Of a stretch of DNA of 64,000 nucleotides, positions 28,831 through 36,635 are shown in pieces; the first letter of the stretch is position 1; each line of letters begins with the position of its first letter. The translations under genes and the position numbers were made by a program. The stretch is taken from contig CAXXMB010000001.1 of the NCBI GenBank assembly GCA_963668675.2, positions 1,024,001 through 1,088,000 on the forward strand. Reading direction: 5' to 3'. The notes below the pieces were generated by a model. That model worked only from the letters and a program-made list of their open reading frames with translations, did not search any database and was not told where the DNA came from. Source of the DNA: an uncultured Desulfatitalea sp. (lineage in GTDB: Bacteria; Desulfobacterota; Desulfobacteria; Desulfobacterales; Desulfosarcinaceae).

Positions 28831-29589
28831 CTACAGCTCTGCCTCGAGGGCTTCCAGGACGATGTGTACGTGGCGTATCACTTCGTTTCTGTCGGTGTTT
28901 TTGTATTCGTTGGCGCGTTCGATGTTGATGGCGTCCAAAAAGTCGTTGAAGGCTTTTCTGAACTCTTCGCTGATCTTCGGGGCCTGGTTGGTTTTCTTCT
29001 TGGTTTTTTGGACGGTTTCGCGGACTTTTTCTAATTGTAGGCGACGGGCGGTTTTTTTAATGTGGGAGGCTGTAATCTTTCCCTTTGGGGCAGTATTAAA
29101 AGCCTCGATTGCTATTTTCTCAATATTTTCTGGATGTTTTTTAAATTTTATGAACGCTCGGGCTTGGCTTTCATTCTGAGGAATCCATTCAATATGTCCG
29201 CAATTGCGGACAATATCGACTACGTCAGCAGCGTCGATAAACTGATAAGCGGTGCTTCGAGCCATTTCCCAAATGTCTTTACAGTAGTCCGCAAAAGAAC
29301 GATGGGTTGTGCGGTAAAGGAGCTTCTCTCGGATCTCACGCATTGCATAGCCAACAGCGAGAAATGCCCCCATGTTATTCTTGATCACCCCTTCCAGTTC
29401 ATCCCGACGCTTTGTTTCTGCTTTGGATAAAGGCTTTGCGAAATCAGGCGGGACATCTTCCAGACTGCTGTCGTACACCACAGTAACGGATCCTCCTCCA
29501 GCCGGCTCCTCGAGGGCCTCGGGTACTTCATCGACTACTTCAGGCTCCACTGCTGTTTTTTTGAAAAGGCTTAAATTTCGTTTTGCCAT
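28831..29589 (-). CDS. DUF3102-like early protein
   Basis: F..VG.A..EIR...LYR..H..F..YC...W...RS.AY..I.AA motif; position upstream of transposase. Confidence 0.65.
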   Translation of the reverse strand: MAKRNLSLFKKTAVEPEVVDEVPEALEEPAGGGSVTVVYDSSLEDVPPDFAKPLSKAETKRRDELEGVIKNNMGAFLAVGYAMREIREKLLYRTTHRSFADYCKDIWEMARSTAYQFIDAADVVDIVRNCGHIEWIPQNESQARAFIKFKKHPENIEKIAIEAFNTAPKGKITASHIKKTARRLQLEKVRETVQKTKKKTNQAPKISEEFRKAFNDFLDAINIERANEYKNTDRNEVIRHVHIVLEALEAEL

Positions 29590-29641
29590 CGTCTTATCCT
29601 TTATAATTGGTTAAATGAGCAGGCCTCGATGGCCCTTGTGG

Positions 29642-30145
29642 TCATTTTCTCTTTTTTCTCTTTCTTTCCATTTCCCCGAGAAGCATTTCTCGCTTGCGCT
29701 TCTCCGCCCGGGCCCGGCGCTCTTGTTCTGAATATTTCTGAATTTCGGCGCGCAGGGCATCCGGACCAGGCAGTCCGAATATGCCAGCCGGCTCGTTCAA
29801 TACTTCTATGGGTTCGGTGGTACTGGTGACGTTGCAAAATGCCGGGAGGACGTCTGCTGGTGGCCGGTTGTTCGGTTTGGATTCTGCGGTCCAGCTGTCG
29901 ATCATCATCTTGGTGATCTGGCGGCCGACCAGATGGCTCATCTCTCCGGCGATCTGAAAACGATCCTTGCTGCTGGATCGGATCGCCTGGACCATTGAGA
30001 CGCGGAGTTTTTCTGAGATGTTGAAGGAGCCTTCGGTGGATTTGGATCTCGCAGCGACCAGTTCTTTTTGGATCCTTTGGATCTCATCGAACAGGTTAAG
30101 CTGCTGAGGTCCTGAATTGTCTAATCTTTTCCGTTTTTTAGACAT
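29642..30145 (-). CDS. Phage regulatory protein (CII-like)
   Basis: QL.LF, R..IA..MS.L.G..IT..M.D.WTAESK and PA..L.AFC motifs. Confidence 0.65.
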   Translation of the reverse strand: MSKKRKRLDNSGPQQLNLFDEIQRIQKELVAARSKSTEGSFNISEKLRVSMVQAIRSSSKDRFQIAGEMSHLVGRQITKMMIDSWTAESKPNNRPPADVLPAFCNVTSTTEPIEVLNEPAGIFGLPGPDALRAEIQKYSEQERRARAEKRKREMLLGEMERKRKKRK

Positions 30146-30154
30146 TGACTCACT

Positions 30155-30176
30155 ATAGGCTTATTGATAAGTCTAT
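30155..30176. promoter_or_regulatory. Inverted repeat, candidate phage operator
   Basis: ATAGGCTTAT-TG-ATAAGTCTAT (one mismatch) fills the ner/cII-like intergenic gap. Confidence 0.45.
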
Positions 30177-30428
30177 CTAAGTGACCCTGCCGGGTCGGCT
30201 GGGTCGCGTCTGTCCGAAATACCAACTAAAAACCGTGCGGTGATCCAACCCGATCCGATTGGCCACCGCTTGCATCAGTCGTTTAGAAACCAGCTTGTGA
30301 TTGATGACATCGGAGATTGACATCTCGCTTACGCCCTCTTCCTCGGCGATCTGTTTTTGCGTGATGCCACGCTCCTTTAAAAGGTACTGGATCTTGGCAG
30401 GGGTATAGACAGTTTGGCACTTGGGCAT
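30177..30428 (-). CDS. Ner/Cro-like HTH repressor
   Basis: I...L.ERGITQ..IA...GVS...IS.VI motif; divergent from the repressor and first gene of the early operon. Confidence 0.85.
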   Translation of the reverse strand: MPKCQTVYTPAKIQYLLKERGITQKQIAEEEGVSEMSISDVINHKLVSKRLMQAVANRIGLDHRTVFSWYFGQTRPSRPGRVT

Positions 30429-30528
30429 TTGGCTGATTCCTTATTAGTGCGTTGTCTATTTTTTTTGAGTCTATAGATAAGGCTTATATCCACGTATTCG
30501 TTTACTTGTCAACGCCTAAATACACTTT

Positions 30529-31056
30529 ATGGTGAATTTTAAAAAAATTATAGGGCGTATCAAAGAATGTTCTGGGCTTACTCAGAAAGAAATGGCCTCT
30601 GAAATATTTGGTATTTCAGATAAAAATCTCTCTAATAAAATCAAAAGAGGAAGTATTGACCTGGGTGCATTGATCCAATGGGCAGGTAACGAAAACGTAG
30701 ATTTAAATTGGCTTTTAACAGGAAAAGGGACTCCCACCCTCGAGAACACTGAAGGTTTGAACGAACCGGGAGACTCAGATTTAATTAATAGTTTCAGCGA
30801 CAAAGAATACGCCAGAGATCTCAATCTCTATCTGGTGCAACTTGAAAAACATTACCCAGAAACGTTTAGAGAAATTGCCGGATTTATAAAAGGACTGCTA
30901 CACCGCTCTGGATTGCCTTTTAAACCTCCAACTGGCCCGCCTGATTACACTGGCTTAAAACGCCGTGTCGCTGAACGCAGGGTCAAGGATGACCCCAGCA
31001 AGATTCCAGGTGGAAAGGATCGTCGCTCGGGAAAAGACCGAAGGGCCGGTGCGTAA
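30529..31056 (+). CDS. Prophage repressor (CI-type HTH) with Arg-rich C-terminal tail
   Basis: N-terminal HTH, V.LNWLLTG.G motif, divergent from ner; no S24 peptidase domain; ends YTGLKRRVAERR...DRRSGKDRR. Confidence 0.85.
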   Translation: MVNFKKIIGRIKECSGLTQKEMASEIFGISDKNLSNKIKRGSIDLGALIQWAGNENVDLNWLLTGKGTPTLENTEGLNEPGDSDLINSFSDKEYARDLNLYLVQLEKHYPETFREIAGFIKGLLHRSGLPFKPPTGPPDYTGLKRRVAERRVKDDPSKIPGGKDRRSGKDRRAGA

Positions 31057-31721
31057 AGGTAGGTCCGGCCCTTTTTACATGCCCTCGAATTCCATCAAAT
31101 TGCAGCACTCGTTGTGTGTCAGTTTGTATCCGTGGCAATGTAGTTTGTTTCTTGAAAAACCGATGCGGTTGTCATACATTTAAGATCAATAGCCTACCGT
31201 TTGAAATTTAATTTACTGGGTCCCACTGATGCACCAATGGAAGCGCAAAAATCTTTTCCATTAAAATTCAAGAAGATGTCAACGCTCTTGGTTGGTGAAT
31301 GGTAGCGTATATCTAAGAGAGTTTTTAAAGTATCGCAATTTAGTCAGAGTTTAAGATATAGATATTCATCTTGACAATATTTGATTAATGATGAGCCAAC
31401 TTTAACATGAAAGCACATTCGATCAGTCCATGAGATGTCCTGAGATTCGTGTTGTGACTTAACGATGACAGACGATCATCATTTCATAAGGTCTCCCCTC
31501 TACCACATCATCTCATTCCTGATAGCCAGCTTATAATCTTACAATCTAAGAGAAATATTTTGCTTTTTATTCTAAAAATTTTTATAAATTCAGAACCTTT
31601 ATCAAATTTATAAAAAGAAATCAAAATTCGTTGTATATCCTTACGTAGGTTATATTCTTTCCATTTAATATAGTACTTCATTGATTCTTACCAAAATCAT
31701 TTTTGAAGGAGGTGAAGATGA

Positions 31722-34700
31722 ATGAATTACTTAAATTACCAGCGATATCTGCATAAATTCAGACAAGTCATAATATTATCATTCCTATTACTATCTATTT
31801 TCTTTAAAGCTTCATTGGCAATTGCTGCCCAGGAGCCCAAATTTTTATTACAAAATGGACACTCATCCAGCGTCTATTCAGTCAGTTTCAGTCCCGATGG
31901 AAAACGCCTTGCCTCGGCAAGTTGGGATTCAACCGTAAAAATCTGGGACAGCCAATCCGGCCAGCTGATACGTACCCTTACCGGACACTCATCCAGCGTA
32001 AATTCAGTCAGCTTCAGCCCTGATGGGAAACGCCTTGCCTCGGCAAGTTCGGATTCAACCGTAAAGATCTGGGACAGCCAATCCGGCCAGCTGATACGTA
32101 CCCTTGCCGGACATACAGGCAGTGTCGAATCAGCCAGCTTCAGCCCTGATGGGAAACGCCTTGCCTCGGCAAGTGTGGATGAAACCGTAAAGATCTGGGA
32201 CAGCCAATCCGGCCAGCTGATACGTACCCTTGCCGGACATACAGGCAGTGTCGAATCAGCCAGCTTCAGCCCTGATGGGAAACGCCTTGCCTCGGCAAGT
32301 GTGGATGAAACCGTAAAGATCTGGGACAGCCAATCCGGCCAGCTGATACGTACCCTCGCCGGACATACATCCCGTGTCGATTCAGTCAGCTTCAGCCCTG
32401 ATGGGAAACTCCTTGCCTCGGCAAGCTTGGAAAAAACCGTGAAAATCTGGGACAGCCAATCTGGCCAGCTATTACGAACCCTTGCCGGACATAAATACCG
32501 TGTCAATTCGGTCACCTTCAGCCCTGATGGGAAACGCCTTGCCTCGGCAAGTGCGGATTCAACCGTAAAGATCTGGGACAGCCAATCCGGCCAGCTGATA
32601 CGAACCCTTGCCGGACATATTGAGTATGTCACGTCAGTCAGCTTCAGCCCTGATGGGAAACGCCTTGCCTCGGCAGGCACGGATAAAACCGTAAAGATCT
32701 GGGACAGCCAATCCGGCCAGCTGATACGAACCCTTGCCGGACATACATCCCCTGTCAATTCAGTCAGCTTCAGCCCTGATGGAAAACGTCTTGCCACGGC
32801 AGGCATGGGTAAAACCGTAAAGATCTGGGACAGCCAATCCGGCCAGCTGATACGAACCCTTGCCGGACATACAGACAGTGTCGATTCAGTCGGCTTCATC
32901 CCTCTTATCGATTCAGTCAGTTTCAGCCCTGATGGGAAACGCCTTGCCTTGGCAGGCACGAGTAAAACCGCAAAGATCTGGGACAGCCAATCCGGCCAGC
33001 TGATACGAACCCTTGCCGGACATAAATACCGTGTGAGTTCAGTCAGCTTCAGCCCTGATGGAAAACGCCTTGCCTCAGCAGGAGCGGATGCAACCTTAAA
33101 AATCTGGGACAGCCAATCCGGTCAGCTGATACGAACCCTTGCCGGACATGAATACCGCGTCAATTCAGTCAGCTTCAGCCCTGATGGAAAACGCCTTGCC
33201 TCGGCAGGCTCAGATAATACCGTAAAGATCTGGGACAACCAATCCGGTCAGCTGATACGAACCCTTGCCGGACATACAGACAATGTCGAATCAGTCAGTT
33301 TCAGCCCTGATGGGAAACGCCTTGCCTCGGTAGCCTGGGATACAACCGTAAAGATCTGGGACAGCCAATCCGGCCAGCTGATACGAACCCTTGCCGGACA
33401 TTTATCCCTTGTCAGGTCAGTCAGTTTCAGCCCTGATGGAAAACGCCTTGCCTCAGCAGGCTCAGATAATACCGTAAAGATCTGGGACGGCCAATCAGGT
33501 CAGCTGATGCGAACCCTTGCCGGACACACTGACCAAGTCACGTCAGTCAGCTTCAGCCCTGATGGAAAACGCCTTGCCTCGGGCAGCAGTGACTCAAGTA
33601 TCAGATACTGGGACATTGAAAATGGGAAATTGTTATGCATTTCGTATAGTTTGGGTTCTAAAGACTATATAACGTATACACCTTCTGGCTACTATACGGC
33701 CTCATCGGCTGGAGAACAATATGCTTCCTGGCGCATCGGTAATGAAATATATTCCGTTGATCAATATTCAGAACAATTTAATCGTCCGGATCTAATTGCG
33801 AAGGCGCTTGCTTTTGATAAAATCGAACTTCCTTCAGTTAACATAGCCAAAGATTTGCCACCAGAGTTAGTTTGGCTTAATGAAATTAAAACCACAAACC
33901 AAAAGCAGTTTGAAGTATTAGTCAACTACACTGGAACAAGCGCATTAGATGATATCGTCTTATTCCATAACAATGAACCTGTCGATCTGAATCTACCTCA
34001 AAAGCGAAAAAACATAGATATTCGAATCCCTTTATCGCTTTATACATATGAAAATCATATTCGAATCTTGGCATATGATGAAAAGCGATTAAAATCTTCA
34101 TTTCTAAAAATTGATTTTCACTACACCGGTGCAGCAGATCGACGAGATATGAGCAAAGGGGCAAATGGCCCCATTAAGGAGGTATCTAAACCTGAAAGAA
34201 AACTTGGAAACTATATTAAAAAGGTTGCAATCATTATTGGTATTTCTGACTATAAAAATCTATCAGCCTCTGCGGAAAAGCCAGGAGATCTAACTGACTT
34301 GAGATATGCCGATAAGGATGTAGTTGCTTTTCATGACTTTTTAAAATCACCAGAACTTAGTGGCGGCGGATGGAAGATTATACCCCTTATTAATGCAGAC
34401 GCAACTTTTAAAAGAGTTGATAAAGCTTTAACTGACACTTTGCAAAATGCTTCTTTTGATGATTTGGTGCTAATTTTCTTTTCCGGACATGGCCGCAGTC
34501 ATCCGCGTCGAAGAAAAGATGTCTATCTGCTCACTTGGGATTTTAATCCGCAAAATCCGCGGTCGGGCTTTGCTTATAAAGATCTTTGGGATCTTATCGT
34601 CGACAGTCGCGCCCGCCACGTGATTGCGTTCATCGATGCTTGCCGCAGTGGCACCATTGGAGGTGGCAAGGGGGAGACCGAAGGAGCTATCGATAACACT

Positions 34701-35021
34701 GTGTTTGGTAACCGGCTAAAACAAATACCAGAAACCAAAATTGTATTCAGCTCCGCCGAGGGGACGCAGCTTTCATGGGAAGATCCGGATGAAGAGATGG
34801 GGGTATTTACATATTATCTAATCGAGGGGCTGAAAGGCGCGGCTGAAGAATTGAAGAATCGCTTTTTTGTCGATTTGGGTGAATTAGCAAGGTATGTAGA
34901 AAAAAATGTTGCCGATCACACAGAAAGATCACCGAATATGAAATATCAAAAACCGCGCTTATGGGCACCAGGAAAAGTGATCAACTATGATTTCCCTGTT
35001 GCAATCAGAATCACTAATTAA
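31722..35021 (+). CDS. Exported WD40-repeat / caspase-like (peptidase C14) protein
   Basis: RBS GGAGG, signal peptide ending AIA, 14 GH...WD repeats, beta-rich linker, then AIIIGISDY, FFSGHG (His codon 34488) and IDACRSG (Cys codon 34641). Confidence 0.93.
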   Translation: MNYLNYQRYLHKFRQVIILSFLLLSIFFKASLAIAAQEPKFLLQNGHSSSVYSVSFSPDGKRLASASWDSTVKIWDSQSGQLIRTLTGHSSSVNSVSFSPDGKRLASASSDSTVKIWDSQSGQLIRTLAGHTGSVESASFSPDGKRLASASVDETVKIWDSQSGQLIRTLAGHTGSVESASFSPDGKRLASASVDETVKIWDSQSGQLIRTLAGHTSRVDSVSFSPDGKLLASASLEKTVKIWDSQSGQLLRTLAGHKYRVNSVTFSPDGKRLASASADSTVKIWDSQSGQLIRTLAGHIEYVTSVSFSPDGKRLASAGTDKTVKIWDSQSGQLIRTLAGHTSPVNSVSFSPDGKRLATAGMGKTVKIWDSQSGQLIRTLAGHTDSVDSVGFIPLIDSVSFSPDGKRLALAGTSKTAKIWDSQSGQLIRTLAGHKYRVSSVSFSPDGKRLASAGADATLKIWDSQSGQLIRTLAGHEYRVNSVSFSPDGKRLASAGSDNTVKIWDNQSGQLIRTLAGHTDNVESVSFSPDGKRLASVAWDTTVKIWDSQSGQLIRTLAGHLSLVRSVSFSPDGKRLASAGSDNTVKIWDGQSGQLMRTLAGHTDQVTSVSFSPDGKRLASGSSDSSIRYWDIENGKLLCISYSLGSKDYITYTPSGYYTASSAGEQYASWRIGNEIYSVDQYSEQFNRPDLIAKALAFDKIELPSVNIAKDLPPELVWLNEIKTTNQKQFEVLVNYTGTSALDDIVLFHNNEPVDLNLPQKRKNIDIRIPLSLYTYENHIRILAYDEKRLKSSFLKIDFHYTGAADRRDMSKGANGPIKEVSKPERKLGNYIKKVAIIIGISDYKNLSASAEKPGDLTDLRYADKDVVAFHDFLKSPELSGGGWKIIPLINADATFKRVDKALTDTLQNASFDDLVLIFFSGHGRSHPRRRKDVYLLTWDFNPQNPRSGFAYKDLWDLIVDSRARHVIAFIDACRSGTIGGGKGETEGAIDNTVFGNRLKQIPETKIVFSSAEGTQLSWEDPDEEMGVFTYYLIEGLKGAAEELKNRFFVDLGELARYVEKNVADHTERSPNMKYQKPRLWAPGKVINYDFPVAIRITN
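31857..33620 (+). repeat. 14 tandem ~126-bp WD40 coding repeats with very high internal identity
   Basis: Core cagcttcagccctgatgggaaacgccttgcctcggca...gatctgggacagccaatccggccagctgatacg recurs every 126 bp. Confidence 0.97.
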
Positions 35022-35040
35022 CCGCAAGTTCGAGTGAAAG

Positions 35041-35703
35041 ATGAATCAATCAAATCAACATCCTGAATCTATAGAAGATGTTAAAAAGTATTTATTCAAA
35101 AGAATATGGCTGTGGACAACATATAAGCCAATTTGGATTAAAATTGCTTTCGGTATTGGAGCTGTTGTGATTATTATTGCATTTGCCAGGTTGGATATTT
35201 TTGGTGAGCCCTATTCACGCTACTCAAAATCATTGATTCCATGGCGACTTCCGTTCGATCCGGCCCTCCCCCTCATCCCTTTGGAAATTACGTATGATAT
35301 TGAAGACTCCATGGGCATAAGACCGGGGACCTTAGGCGACAATGCCTCTACTGGGGATCGTATTATATTAACCTTCAAGGCCGGCACTAAATGCTGGGCT
35401 ACCGTATTTTGCGTTGATTCTAAAGGAATACATCCAATCTTTCGGGGCAATCTATCACCAACCTTAATAGATCAAAATAAGTCTTACTCGCTGAAATTTA
35501 AATTGGACTCCACAACTGGACACGAAGTTTACTACGTCATTGCTGCACATGAAAAGTTTGATTTTGATCAAGACATCAAACCTCATTTAAAAACTGTATT
35601 CCCTGCAGGTTACTCTAAAGGGCCAGTCATCTCAAAATATAAAATAAAGTTGCCCGATCGCTTTGTTCATGATCTTGTCTATTTTGAGCATCTTTCAAAA
35701 TAG
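35041..35703 (+). CDS. Membrane-anchored DUF4384-like protein
   Basis: N-terminal TM helix, then GD.I...F.A...C...VF..DS.G....F and LD...G.E..YVIA motifs; 19 bp after the caspase gene. Confidence 0.75.
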   Translation: MNQSNQHPESIEDVKKYLFKRIWLWTTYKPIWIKIAFGIGAVVIIIAFARLDIFGEPYSRYSKSLIPWRLPFDPALPLIPLEITYDIEDSMGIRPGTLGDNASTGDRIILTFKAGTKCWATVFCVDSKGIHPIFRGNLSPTLIDQNKSYSLKFKLDSTTGHEVYYVIAAHEKFDFDQDIKPHLKTVFPAGYSKGPVISKYKIKLPDRFVHDLVYFEHLSK

Positions 35704-35822
35704 TAACTATTATAGTTCGTGTTTATTATACTACCAATTGAGACCTATATGACTGAGTAATGTCATACAAAGTAATTAAGTTCTTTCTTTCTGCCTTACG
35801 GCTACAAAACCAAACATTAATT

Positions 35823-36195
35823 ATGAAACCTATCGATAAATTAAAAATTGCTGACGAAATGATGACGGCTGCAATTGTTGAATGCGTGGAGCATCGCAGG
35901 TATTTTGCGGCAATTAATTTAGCTGGAGTTGCTGAGGAACTTTATGGGAAACTTCTTCATATTTATGGAGAAAAAACGATGAGAGATGAAGTTATAGATT
36001 CCGTTTTATTCGAGGACAAAGGAGGCTTATTAAATAGAAAGAAATTGAATTTTCAAGAAAATCAGGATGCAAGATTTGGATGAATCAGCATATTCTGCAA
36101 TAATGAGGGCTGCTCCTTTTAAAGCTTTTCCAGACAATCTGAATGTAGATGAGATTAAATTAGGGCTTCGTTTTTCAACCGATGGGGTAAAATAG
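35823..36195 (+). pseudogene. Disrupted hypothetical gene (A..LAG.AEE..G family, possibly HEPN-like)
   Basis: YFAAINLAGVAEELYGK motif; frame stops at 36083 while a plausible C-terminus (DLDESAYSAIMRA...) continues in another frame to 36195. Confidence 0.45.
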
Positions 36196-36460
36196 GAATA
36201 TTTCATGACACACCCTCTATGGGCTCTGTCTGACTATCGATGTCGCCTGTTCCACAATGTTCGGACTTCGCTATTTAAATATTAAAAATCCATTACTGCT
36301 AAATGTTTAAATTCTTAGGATTTTTTGATATTCAGGAAAGATGCTACAGAGGTTCGGGCTTTGTTCGCACTTTTTTGTATTATGTCCGAACATCCGCCCA
36401 GAAAAAAAATTCAAGTTTTGATATAATTTTAATAGGTTAATGCGCTTAGCTAATTTTTTT

Positions 36461-36635
36461 TGGTTTCAAACCATGCGATACATTTCTGGAAACATTGTTT
36501 ATAGGTTTATATGGCTGGTTTGGAAATAGAGACGATCCAAAATTGTGATAACTAATTGATTCGTCATAGTTTTCCCACCAAATCCCAGTCAATCCCTGAA
36601 TATCCCGCTGGTTTCAAGCCTGCCGGTAGTTCACA
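36461..36635 (-). promoter_or_regulatory. Prophage end with candidate transposase-binding repeats
   Basis: TGGTTTCAA at 36461, GCTGGTTTGGA at 36514, GCTGGTTTCAA at 36607; terminal dinucleotide reads TG inward on the minus strand from 36635. Confidence 0.7.

Larger units (their letters stand above)
1..36635 (-). mobile_element. Mu-like transposable prophage (tail end continues beyond left window edge)
   Basis: Repressor/Ner, DDE transposase, AAA ATPase, Gam, GemA, lysis, terminase, head and contractile tail genes in Mu-like order. Terminal CA at 36634-36635 coincides with truncation of a host OmpA-domain gene. Confidence 0.9.

Noticed and set aside
31057..31721. Prophage end immediately after the repressor
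   Set aside because: No interrupted host gene or convincing end repeats seen here; the junction at 36635 explains the OmpA truncation exactly.
31874..32959. 361-aa antisense ORF
   Set aside because: Shadow frame of the WD40 repeats; it stays open only because the repeat unit lacks a stop in that frame.
31857..33620. CRISPR array or diversity-generating retroelement
   Set aside because: The 126-bp units are in-frame coding repeats without unique spacers. No cas or reverse transcriptase gene is in the window, and variation is not confined to adenines of a template copy.
31722..35021. NLR/STAND (Avs-like) protein
   Set aside because: No Walker A/B NACHT or NB-ARC module between the propellers and the caspase domain, and the N-terminus looks like a signal peptide.
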